DNA from: Lytechinus pictus | Taxonomy: Eukaryota | Reading direction: 5' to 3' | Length of the DNA stretch: 60,000 bases | NCBI RefSeq assembly: GCF_037042905.1 | Contig: NC_087263.1 | Location: 10,418,001 to 10,478,000 of the forward strand | In this document: in pieces, positions 1 to 12,500 of the stretch | Position numbering within the stretch: the stretch's first letter is position 1 | How the letters are laid out: every line of letters starts with the position of its first letter | The notes under the pieces: model-generated | What the model saw: only the letters and a program-made list of their open reading frames with translations | Database searches by the model: none | What the model was told of the DNA's origin: nothing | Program-made: the position numbers and the translations under genes

Positions 1-8
1 ATTTTTAC

Positions 9-107
9 CTGTATAAACTGTATCGTAATGGCACTTTTACCAACACCTCCGCCTCCTACAACGACAATTTTATGCATAGGTCCATTATGAGATCCTTGTG
101 ATGTCAT
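9..107 (-). CDS. RRAS2: Ras-related protein R-Ras2/TC21-like, first coding exon (gene continues beyond the left edge of the window)
   Basis: Minus-strand translation MTSQGSHNGPMHKIVVVGGGGVGKSAITIQFIQ (33 codons) is followed by the donor CAG|GTAAAA. The P-loop VVVGGGGVGKSA.TIQFIQ is the R-Ras/TC21 signature, and the phase-0 intron after FIQ matches my recollection of vertebrate RRAS2. Too short for the ORF track. Confidence 0.9.
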
Positions 108-203
108 TTTGAATTCCCGGGCATAAATCCGATATAAAATCTCCTATGACTACGAAAAAAATGATCACTGTCAAAATCTTCTTCTACTTCAATTCTGCCA
201 AAC

Positions 204-211
204 CCGGAAGT
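204..211. promoter_or_regulatory. ETS/GABP-type motif CCGGAAGT in the putative RRAS2-like promoter
   Basis: Exact CCGGAAGT about 100 bp upstream of the minus-strand ATG; a TGACG half-site lies at 242-246. Confidence 0.35.
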
Positions 212-3200
212 ACAATGGGTGCATTGCACACAAATGCACTGTGACGCATGCAAAACCGAGCAGTGATCAGCTGTTTGCTACATTATTGACACTCAATCTC
301 TTCTTTTGTCTTTGCACTGGGCCAGGCTTATACTACAGATGGGGGGGGGGGGGGCGCCACAAGAAAAAAGAGTGGGAGCAAAATATTAAAAGGAAAGCGA
401 AAAGGGAAGAAATAAAATATTACATCATTTTCTGAATATCATGACAAAATCTATCCAAAATTAAGGTGCTCTCATCTCCTCGCTCCCGTCCTATATACTC
501 CCCATGACCCCTTCAAACTTGTTGGCTCAGAGTCAAATACTTCATTGTTCTTTGCAGGGGCCGCGGAACGGTTTTTAAAGTGGGGGGGGGGCTGAGCCAA
601 AAGGGGGGGCTGACCATGCAAAAAATCACAATCGTATGGTCATTTTTACGTTTTTGTACATGGTTCTTGGGAAAAAGTGGGGGGCTGAAGCCCCCCCCCC
701 CCTCCCGCGGCTTCTGCGGCTTCTGCTTTGTAATTCCCACTGCCCCCCCCCCCCAAAAAAAAGAGAGAATATGTGACCATGGATGTTGATAGGTGGGGGA
801 GACTGACAGTGTAATGAACCATGAGGGATTTTATTTTAGTGGGGGGATCAGTACTTGGCATATATCACGAGTCTGTAAAAAAAAAATATAAGGACACAAT
901 TTAGACATGGCGTAAAGGGCATTTTTTTTTTTAGAATGCTGCAAGTGAGCAAAGAGAATAATACAAAATTTTGAACTTTTTATTACAAAAATGTGTTTGT
1001 GAAAAACGGGCCTATAACTTATTTTTAGAATGTGTCACATTTCACCCGCTTTCTTTTCTTTTCCTCTCAGTCTCCTGCATTCTTTCTGCATAGTTCTAAC
1101 TGATCGGAGGGGGGGGGGGTTCCATGGCCCCAAGCCCTGCATCCGTACACATCCGCTTGCGGGGGTGGGAGTAGTAAGTAGTCCCAGACTGATATTTATT
1201 AGCCTTTTTACTAGTATTTCTACAAGTCCGGGCTACAAGTCACTCTACATTCGTGTAAGGACTCAATAATGCAAGCGCGACTGAGCACGAGCAGAAACTT
1301 TTGACACATTTATCTGAAAATGCGCATTTTGAGGACTCTTGTCGGTTACTTGGTTGTTTTCCTATTATATACTCTTTATACTACAATTCTCCGCATATAT
1401 TCGTAATTCCGACGCTTTGTTATTCCGAAGGTGCTAGAAAAAATAAAGTTTTCAGAAATTGTTAAAATAAATGGGGCACACTCCATGCGCTTGGTTGTGG
1501 GGATAGAAAATGTTGTGTATAATAACATATCATGATATTCCATTTTATCCTGGAATTTTGTTTCTTTCTCCATCCTTCTGTTGTAGCAATTTCTGAAAGG
1601 AATGGTTTCATCCAATCATAACATAAACATGCGAACATTCCGAACATTAAAAAAAAATGCCATGAAATCCCTTTTATGCTTGGGACTGCTTGAGTTGCTT
1701 TAGTTATGTTAGTATTCTTCATTCAAATTGTTTTTTGTATAGTCCTATTTTAGATTTGTGGTCTCAGTGATCTAACTTTTTTAAGCTGTCATTACTTTTC
1801 TAACTTTTCATGCAGTCATAATTTGTCTTTTACCATCATGTTTTTATTTTTGTTAATATACACATCATGGATATAAATATTAATGTTTAGTTCCCCCTTT
1901 TATTTTCCAAGTGAGGCTTAATTCAAACTTAAGCGGGAGACCCGCCCCATCAGTGATTTTTAAAATGATAACATTTTAGATAAGCATTAGAATTATAAAG
2001 TTAGATTTAAAGTTTTATGCTGGTCAGTTTTGGGCTCTCTCGCTTCGCTCGATTCCCCCATTCTTTTTTATTTATTAATATTATTTATTCATTTAATTGA
2101 TTAATATTAATAGATTATATAATTAATTCATTTATTCATTTACTAATTTATTTATTTATTAATCTAATTCATTTACTTTTACCAATTACGCTACAGAGTA
2201 TAGTTGTTATGGTTTTGGTTTTGTTTTGTTTTGCGTTATCATTACCAGTATATACTGGTGTATGGTGGCGCTCTTTATCATAATGGTCAAAGGGCTTCGA
2301 TCTCGCTCAAATATGACCATGAGCAGCATGTGACAGCTAGAAGCCTCACATCAATATTGATGTTCCAAAAAGGGGGAAGTCGTTGGAATTCATGACTACG
2401 ACTCGATTATGCAACGTTGCAAACTGGATAAATAAAACAAAAAACACAAAATGCAAAACATTCCTGATTATGTTCATTGAAGGACAGCAAGTGTTACGTA
2501 TAGGTTTTCCGTCAAATGAATAGAAAGAGGGAAAGAAAGCGGGAAGGGAAAGTAATATTAGGCCTACACTTTATTTTTTGTTCTATTTATTGGTAGGCCC
2601 TGTATTTTGAATTGAGTTTTAGTGATTGCTTTTATTTGTTTGTTATGTTTATCGTGAAAAAAATAAAACACTTAATTATAGTAACAAAATATCAATATAC
2701 TTTTGTAAACACTCTTTTGATTATACCCCTCCCTCGCTATCCTGGACCCACCATTTCCGGTTTCAAATGTCTTATTTGTCTACAACACTCATTCTAATAC
2801 AATTCAATCTCAAGTTTATTGATATAAACTCTTGACATTGAAGCTTAATCATGAAAAAAATAAACACTGATTTAACATAAAAATAATATTATGATAACCA
2901 AAAAAAGTCATAGAAATTAAAAATCTTCACAAAATGCAACAGAAAATTATCACACCATTACGACGCTCATGCACCCCATCTCATATTAGGTTAAGGGGTC
3001 TGAATGTGCAGCCTACGATGCCTATGCACTGAAATTCTAAAACCGCAGTTTTATTTGTGCTAGTCTTGTGTGAACTTAGACCTACTTGTTGATCAAAGTT
3101 TCAGTCAGGGTCTGTGCTGCCTAGACTTTTCGTCAATGAAAGGCACACTATACGAATTCAAGGGAATATTCGAGAAATGAATCATCCAAAGGAATTTGAT

Positions 3201-3809
3201 AATCATATACAATGAGCTATGTAAAGATTTTCATTCAGTTTTCCAATATTATTTTGTATCTTTTCGATTTTATATTTTTAGATTTCAATGAAGAGCTTCA
3301 TTATCAGTGGCGACTCCAGGCAGGGCGACATGCAAGCGATGCACACCACCCCTGTATTTTGAAAATCGTCCACTGAACATTACATACTAAGAACAAATAT
3401 GCACCACCTGCGTGCTCACTTTGCTATATTTGCGCCCCATTATGTCAAAATAGTGCCACTGCTTAGGCCTAATATATTGTCAAATTTTAAGTTTAATCAT
3501 GATATGCATACACAAGAAATAATCAGTCTGTGACATCTCTCTAAATAATATTCATTATTTAGTTGTGCATGCATTAGTATGCATCGTTTGGAACTTTGGA
3601 TTCATGAGCATGTAAGATGAAATTATCGGCCATTTTTTTTAATGGGGCTTGTTCTATAGTATGGCAGATTCTGAATGATCATATATAGGCCTAATTATCA
3701 TGCAGATTTTAGGACCTTTTATAGCTCCATACCCGGAAAAGGGGCGGAGTGACGTTTCTTGTTTCTCAAGCATTCAGGGGAAGAGGCGAGTATTTTGGAA
3801 TTTTGAAAG

Positions 3810-4628
3810 GAAGAGCTCAATTGCTAAAGGGTTTAGATCCACTTTTAATCACATTTGTTGTTTTTTTGTTATGTAATTTTATAAATTTTTAGTAGCTCTA
3901 TGAGATAAAACCAAAGAGAAGATGAAATTCCCATGAAAAAATGGCAAAGAAAAATCCCCTTTTTTCAAAAGGGGTTAGATCCATTTTAGTTTGTTTGCAT
4001 AATAGGGGTTATAGATCCACAAAAATAATTTTTGGAAAGGAATATTGAAAAAATATGAAGCAAGGTAGATTTCTCTTATTCCCAATTTTATGTTCATATG
4101 GTAGGCTATCTTGACAATTCAGTTTCAATATGGCGGAATAAAAAAATATTGGAATAGTCTTAGGTGGATCTAACCCCTTTTGCAAACAAACTCTTCTGAT
4201 TAGTTCTGAAGAGCTCATTTGCAAAAGGTGTAGATCCAATTTTTTTTCATAAAATTTGATTATGTTTGGTCTCAATGTACAGATTTTCATAATTATACCA
4301 AAGAAACATTAGTATTCCCATTAAAATGTGAGTAATAAAATGCAAAGAAAAACCTTTTTTTTTTATTCAAAAGGGGTTAGATCCTTTTCATTTGTTTGCA
4401 AAAGGGCCTAGATCCACAATGGTGATTTTTTGAAATAAATATTTAAAAGATATGACGACATGTATTTGTCTTTCATACCCAATTTTATATTCACATGGTA
4501 GGGTAGTTTATTATGACAATTAAGTTCGCATAAGAATATTGCAATATGGGGGAATAACAAAAAAACATTATTTTTTTTATTCGGAATGGTCTAAAGTGGA
4601 TCTAACCCCTTTTGCAAACAAACTCTTC
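3810..4628. repeat. Two tandem ~400-bp copies of a MITE-like unit with AAAGGGGTTAGATCC motifs
   Basis: Units start GAAGAGCTCA.TTGC.AAAGG..TAGATCC at about 3810 and 4211, and each ends in the inverted GGATCTAACCCCTTTTGCAAACAAACTCTT. Confidence 0.6.
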
Positions 4629-4760
4629 AAATGTAGATTATTATAAGGTATTTGAACATGTTTTAGGTCTATAAAGGTCTTGAAGATTACAATAAATGAA
4701 TCGATAAGGGCACCGCTACTTGTTTGTTTGTAAAACTTAAATTTATTCAAAGTTAAAAAC

Positions 4761-4933
4761 AAAATATAAAAGTGCCCGCAATCAGCATAAAGCTGTTTTT
4801 CGCGAGGCCGTGATTAAAATAAAATACAAATTATAAAAAAGCATGCAAACATAAAATATAAAAGTGCCCGCAATCAGCATAAATCTGTTTTTCGCGAGGC
4901 CGTGATTAAAATAAAATACAAATTATAAAAAAG
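4761..4933. repeat. Tandem duplication, period about 92 bp
   Basis: AAAATATAAAAGTGCCCGCAATCAGCATAAA...GGCCGTGATTAAAATAAAATACAAATTATAAAAAAGCA occurs twice, nearly identical. Confidence 0.85.
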
Positions 4934-5689
4934 CAAGCAAATTAACATTCAAATATTACTAAACGAAATATATGACAAATGCATAATCATAATGATTAAA
5001 AAAATCATTAACATAAAGGAAAATGTAGAAACATTAGGAAACAAAAGTAAAAAAAATAATCATATAAACATAAAATAGAATTTAATACAACATACTGTTT
5101 AATAATGAGAGGAAGGCCCCAATTTGCATTATTTTCATATAAATTTCGTTGTTTCATGTCATTTAAAAACATATTTACAGACTTATTGGAGAAGGCCTGT
5201 CTTGTTAATAATCATAATTATCTCGATAAGCAAATTTGTTTATATTTTGAAACGGAGAATGAATTATGTGTATAACACTACGAAGATAAAAGGTCTACGG
5301 ACAAACTAACTTTATTTAAAAAAATATGTACAAGCCCACATTAGCCACTGGAAAAATATCTTAGAGAAAAGAAACGTTGTCATGATAAAACATGTAAAAG
5401 ATTTAATTAAATAGTAATGAAAATTATTGATTGATCATGGAATCAAAGGGAGATATGGGATACGCCCTCTACTGACGATAAACAGTCAAACAATAGCAGC
5501 CGAATTATTGGAAAAGTAGAATTCTTGAATTTCGACGTAAATCCGCTATATTTTCTCATCTTGCTGGGTTATATGCGTACCCAAGCATGCTACTAAAGAG
5601 ATAAAACTCATTCATGGCCATTATGAGTGAAGATTTTCACGATTTGGGGAAGGGTATTACTCATATCAGGAATTGATAATGAGGCAAAT

Positions 5690-5910
5690 TTATCCGCTTT
5701 GGCGTCACTCGCAACGGAAATCAACTCGTGGAGGAGCCCGGCCCACCGGCGTAGACGTTGACGGTGACAGTGCCTAGCTGGATCTGCCGGACGGACGCGC
5801 TTGATGATTCATGAATGACGGAGTGAGTGAACAAACAAGTTAGGCCTACCGGTATTTCGTAATCGACGTGCAATAATGAGGAAGCTAATTCGTGACGTGA
5901 ATGCCCCGCT
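5690..5910 (+). promoter_or_regulatory. CpG-rich putative promoter/5' end of the MPPED gene
   Basis: Local GC/CpG-rich patch in an AT-rich background about 700 bp upstream of the first coding exon, with several TGACG half-sites. The TSS was not determined. Confidence 0.4.
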
Positions 5911-6550
5911 TACTGCTTTCAGATGTTGGACCAGGTTTTCCTCCATTGTAATGGACAAAATTAGAACATGACCTGAATTTCCTTGCTACCATACCACCGA
6001 TAGGCGATACATTACTGGTTCTCTGAGCTGACCACTCATCCTACGAACGAGGTTATAATAACTCTGTCTTCTTGTCAATCTGTATTTAGCTGGAATCAGA
6101 ATCTGCATCATTGACATTGCATTTATTTGTAAACATTTCACTGTCTGACTGGACATTTAACATGTCGTGAAGTCTGATCTGTTTCAAAATGATGAAAATG
6201 GTGTCACTGTTTTTCAAATTTTAAGAAAGTAGCCAAGTCAATTTCTCTTGATTTTCCAAAAGTTCCAAGAACTTCCAATCAAAAAAATCAGCATCAAATC
6301 AATTTTAAAGATTTATTAAAGCCTGAAGGGGTGTGTTGAACAGAGTTGAGACTCCTGTCAAAGTCAAGCCAGGACTGCTTTGCTAAAAACATTGTGGCGT
6401 GAAACTAGAGAAAGTGATTTTTACTAGTGTGGATTGACGTGACGTACACTCGATTCCGTATTCTCAGAATTCAGGAGGGAAGATATTCTTCTTTATTTCT
6501 CAAATTTCAACAGGGTTCTGCAATAGATTTTACTTCAACTCAAAGACAAT

Positions 6551-6561
6551 ATGTCATTTCG
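6551..6561 (+). CDS. MPPED1: MPPED coding exon 1 (ATG TCA TTT CG, phase 2)
   Basis: ATG followed by a strong CG|GTAAGT donor; splices in frame to 7760 giving MSFRRMLKG. An alternative start at the in-frame ATG 7764 is possible. Confidence 0.65.
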
Positions 6562-9500
6562 GTAAGTTTTCTATTTTTCCTCCAGAATTGAGTCCAATCA
6601 GTGATATTTTCTAATGTGTACATTTACATGATAATTTAGATTTAATGTAAATTAGATCTAGATCTGTTACATATTTCCATGTCAGAGTGAACATGTCATG
6701 ATTTTGCAACGTTTTGAAATCATTGTACAACATTTGTACATTATTTTGACTTTGAGGAGTGTTTGTATATATACATTGTACTAAATCTGGAAAATATTTA
6801 TTTTTGTTTACAATATGGTTGTATAATTAGCATTGTTTATATTTTTAATATTTTGTTGTTAACATTTTCCTATATTTTCATGTCATTGTTTATTTGTACA
6901 CGTAGGCGGCTAGGCCTGCATCACTATTAATTACTAGACCCTAGTCTAGTGGTATAATATTTTCCTTTTAAATGGTTATCTTAACCCATGTTAAACTGCA
7001 GATTTCAGTTTTTACATTGTACCCACTGTAGATGGATGTGACCTAGACAGCTGGCAGCCGTCTGTTTCGAGGAGTTTTTTAACTTTTTTTTAATAAAAAT
7101 TTCTCCTCGTACGCAGACGGCTCGCTATCGTGCAGCCACCATTAGGGGACTTACAATGCGAAATCCCCCCGTCGGGGCTCTTCAATTTTTGTCTTTAATG
7201 AATCAAACTTTTGAAAATTAACGCGACTGAAATGCAAATTAATATTCCCTCTTGGCATTAATTGCCAAAAAACGGGGAAAATCAAGTTAAAAGGAACAAA
7301 AACAGTGACTTACCTCGGCTGTGGCGCAACTTCACTGCCCTGTTTTATCCTAACTTAATACACATAAACATATGGCCATTGAGTCCCCTGTACAGATCGC
7401 GCTAGAACTTCGGTCTCTGTATTTGGTGAGTGAAGCCAACGGAGTTCAGCTGAACAACCAACATAACAGAGACCGAAGCTTTTGGTCTAGATGTGACCCA
7501 GCTTATGTTCCAATATATAAAGCTGTACCATGATTTTGCTGAACATTTACATTTTAGGGTGAGAGTTGAAGCTTTTTTAGAATTAGGATTTAGGCATATA
7601 GCTTTGGCTTTTGAGATTAGGATTTAATAGCTTTCAGATTAGGATTTGCCAAAAACACTTTAATTGTTGGCATCAACTGAAAGACAGGAAAAGACAAGAT
7701 ATTGAACGATTGTTACCAGAACAAATGTTACATATTTATTCTCTTAAAATTCCTTCCAGTCGGATGTTGAAAGGAGCCAGTGGGCGGAGCTTGGCGTCCA
7801 AGGAACCAGAGCCGGGTGACCAATCAACAGAGATCACTGTCCATCCTGAAACTCGCAATCCAACGCGTGTATGGGACACCATACGATACAAACAGAAGGT
7901 TGACGTGATAACGCCTATTGATCCAGCCACACCCAAACCAAGAGGTGAATTTCTTTACTTTTCTAAGTCAATGGCCCTTATTCTGAAGTCGGGTTAAAAT
8001 TTAAACTCTGGTTTAAAGCACTTGTTCACTGCAACCATCCTGCCTGTGGGGAATGTAGGACTATGGCATGCCAATGCTGTACAGAGCACACACTTTAAAA
8101 AATCATTAAAATATCACTTTTGTGACCAAAATTACTAATTTCCATACAGTTGCAATTTATTTTTCAATAGTAACTTGGGAATAATTTTTGTATTCACTAG
8201 AGCGCTCAAAAACTTGAATTTGGTCATATTTTTGTGTACGCCCTCTATTGGTGGAAAGTAATATGGCAAGAAAATTTTCATTTTTTTCCCTCTATTTTTA
8301 ATTAAGAAAAAAATAATTTAAAGAATCAAATTTACTTAAGGGCCAAGTTGTATGACGAATAGGTGTAATGGAAACTGTCAGTGTAAAAAAATCAAGCATT
8401 TGTCCCAAAGAAAAAGAGAAAATAAGCCAAACATTGCCACCCTTATTTTGCCACATATGGAGATATAACTGAGAACAAGGTTATATCATAACCTTGTTCA
8501 TTGAATGAGTGGTTTAAAGTTGCAGTTTAACCTCAGTGACACAAATCTGTAATGCTACAGGTTCAATTTATCAGCTCATTTAACACTCAAATAATTCAGG
8601 GGGTGTTTCACAAAGATTTAAGTATGACTTAGAGTCACACTTAAATGTCTAGTTGCGTCATGTGTGGTATAAAAGTCATGACCGTATTGGTCAGATCATG
8701 CGAAGAGGACGCGCACTTAGTACTGCGTATTGATCAATAAGATTGCAAATTGCGACTCCAAGTTATACTTAAAGGGGAATCCAACCTTGGTAATAATTTG
8801 TTATGTTGGAAAGTCGAAAAATAAATTAAACAAAATGGTGAAACTTTGAAAGAAATTTGACAAGCAATAACAAAGTTATGGCTGCTTTAAATTGAGATCC
8901 CATAGATTATGTAGATTTTAAATTGGCAATTGTATTTACGTTAAGAGGCAAGGACAATTTTCCCATAGGCCATGTGGTCTTCTCCTTTAAGTACCCATTC
9001 CCCTGGGGCAGTAATCTAAATATAACCCAGGTAGTATATTGTTTAATGTCTTCATGAAAGAAAAAATAACATTTTAGCAATGTTATGTATTGGAGTACAT
9101 GGAAGAGTAGTCCTTGCCTTATGACATACATGTATATTCGGCCAATTTGAAGTCTCCATGGGTATAGTGATTACCAATTTACAACTGTTAAAAATTCAAA
9201 ACTTTTGTATTGTTTGTCCAATATTTTTCAAACTTTCACCTATCCACTTGTCTGATTTTTCTCTTTCCTCTATTACAAAACAAGTTTTCATTTGGGCTGG
9301 ATTCCCCTTTAAATCTTTGTGAAACATCCCCCTGAACTGCACTGACTGGAAATAGAAATTAAAACAGTTTTCTTCATCGTAAAGCATAAAGAAAGAACAG
9401 AGTACATATTGGAAATATTCAATGTAAACAAATTTATAACATTTTTGGCTTCGTGTGACTTTAGAACAGAGTATAAAGACCATGGTCTATTAGTTAAAGC

Positions 9501-12500
9501 GGACTTCAGAGTATGGGCCAATATTGCGTAACATAATGGCACAATTGTGATGTTGCCTACTACTACTAGTACTACCATGGTAACAATGATTTCAACAGCC
9601 AATGGAAATTAAGGATTCTAATCATACCATGCATATTATTCAATCGCAGTATTCAAAATTAAATAATTGAAATATTAAATAGGGCCCTGGCCTCTGTATA
9701 CAAAAATGTGATTGATCACAAAAGTTACAATTACGTTTTAGATCTGGATCGTACAAATACCAATTATCAAAAGGATTGACTGTAATGTACATACTGTCTG
9801 TAGTAACCAATCAGAATAATTGTTTCAAATGACAATGTACATGTAGCAATTGATCGTAACTCTTTGGCCCAAATGCACAAATGTGGTTCAAACCATCGGT
9901 TGAATGTATGATTTATGCAGATTTCCTGTATAAATTACGCTTACTTTATATCGTGTATAAAAAATGTCCAATGCTTATGTGAGCGTTTGTCACAGCACGC
10001 GAAATTTATGCCTGTTGCCATAAAGTACACTATTTTATTTATGAGTCCACTGTTTAAAGAGTGGACTCATTAATTCAAAACAGTGGACTCTTGAATAAAA
10101 TAGCGTGGATAACCACGGCAGCAGGCAAAGCGTGCATCAGCATTGGACATTTTTTAATATACAGTACATGTCCCATGGTAAATAAGCGTAATTTATACAA
10201 GAAATCTGCATAAACCATGGGTTCAACCAATGGTTTTAAAACCACCTTTGTGAATTCGTGCCATTGTGTTTTAATATAGGGCTCTGATCATTTTCACATT
10301 AAAAATGAGTATTCTATAATTAGAAATTTTTAGAATGAAGTACTGATAAATTGCAAACACAAAAGACTGAGAATGAGATTCTTACTTTTATGGAATGCCA
10401 AAAGCCAGACAGTGCCTCAGTTGGGCCCAGTATTTTAAAAGAGTTTGACACAAAATATGAGACAACCACCCAATAATTCCTCCAAATGCTGAAATTTATC
10501 ATTCGAAAAAAATCTAGATGTAAACAAACCTTTTCAAAGTGAAATTTTGTTATCAGGTTTACAGGTCTATAAGAAAATATATTGATATGACGCCGAAGTG
10601 TGGATTCAGTTGGTCAATAAACCTTTAAATTGTATTGTGTTTGAAAGCTTATAGGGTATGTTCCAGGCTGAAAATGATATGATTTTAACAGATTTAAAGA
10701 AAAATCAGACAAATAATGCACTGAAAATTTGATCAAAATCGGACAAGGAATAACAAAGTTATGACATTTTCAACATAATTTGCATTACTTTGGTGAAACA
10801 GTTACAGTTCTAAGCTCGTCTTCATAATGAGCAAACTGATGATGTCATATCCCAACTTAATTTTTGTATTTTATTACATGAAATTATGTATGTTTATTAC
10901 ATTTCATTCCTCTAAGAACCAACAATTAGGTATTCATTGCTGCAACTTGAATAGTATTATAATGGAGACATATCATTCACACATGTTTTGAAAAAATGAA
11001 ATGATTTTGATTTCATGTACACCCTGTAATAACATATTAAAGAAAAAGGAAAGTTGGGATGTGACATCATCAACCCATCTAAATGCATCATGATGATGTG
11101 TACCTGGGATCTCTTTTCACAAGATATTGAGCATTTAAAACTTTGAAATTCATTAACTTTGCTTTTAATATTTGTTATCAGATTTTGACGACATTTTCAG
11201 CATTTACTATGTAGCTCTGTGAATTTTACTCCATGTACATGTAGTTTTAAAATTACAGCACCATGTACATGTACATGTACAGTATACCAGATTATAAAAT
11301 ACATGTACCGGTACTTCTTTGAAGCAGTTTATTTTATACAAAATTTTTTACATGTTTCTAGCCAGTTTTGATATTCTGTCTCTAAGCATTTTACCCTGTA
11401 TTATTAAAAACAGTATTATGATTTTTTTAAAGCTTTTGACATCTTGCTTGTTCGTATTGATCAAGTGTTATATGTTTGCATGTGTGTACAGGTATTGAAA
11501 TGTATGTGTCCATATATAGTTGTTTGTCACCCCTGGATATTGTGACAGAAAGTATTTGTTTACATTTCAATTTTCTACCCAAAGAAATGAAGCATGATGT
11601 TTCTGACAGTTGCTCCTCATTGACATACATGTACAGTATATAAAGTGAAAATGAAAGTGTTCTTGTGCACACATATTTATCAATTGGCATGATTCAAATT
11701 TCATATGCATGCATCTCCCCCTTCAAAGAAAGCCTAAGGCTGCCCTTTTGCTTTTGCTCACTGAACCCCATTCAATTGCTTCCCCTGTTTTACAAAATGA
11801 TTGGAAAATTCAACATCAATACAGGCAACAGAGTACAGTTAAACTTTTCTTGATTTTCTTTTTAATATTTTGATAGAATTTCCCATTTTCTTCTTTAAAT
11901 GAACCCTAAAACTGATCAGTGTAAAATTGATTTCATAGCTTGGGCCAATTTTTTTCAGATTTTGTTGAAATTTTCATTGCTTAAAGTGAGTTTTATTTTT
12001 CTAATTTTCTTCAAGTCAACTTTTAGTTTTGGGGAGGGTGAATTTAAGACCCTTACTGTAAGTAAAAAATAGCATATTGTAGCACAAGATAAGATCACTA
12101 AATGACTAGTTTACGTAAAGTTGCATGTAGAGTTGTACCCCTAAAGTTGTGAGAAAGTCTTGAGTAACTTTTGAAAAGCTTTATAACCCCCACCCCCGCT
12201 TGGCATGAAATTGCTTTAGATTGTACATGTAGATTTATTGTTTGTTTGTGTTTATTATTGTGCCAGACCATGTGCGGTTTGTGTGTATATCGGACACGCA
12301 TTCCAAGACTGGTGCCATGCCAGAGATTCCTGACGGGGATGTGCTTATTCATGCCGGGGACTTCACCAAAATTAGCCGCAGGAAAGAAGTGGTAAATTTC
12401 AATGAGTTTCTAGGTGAGTTGTCCGGTTCCACCGCACTTCAAGTTCTGCAAACAGACAATTTTCATGCATCAACTACAATGTATAGACCTGTCTAATTTT

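Larger units (their letters stand above)
7973..9519. mobile_element. PIF/Harbinger-like MITE (GGCCC.TATTCTGAAGTC TIR, 3-bp AAT TSD) carrying nested insertions
   Basis: The TIR matches the uninterrupted copies at 46338 and 47057; AAT on both flanks. Confidence 0.65.
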
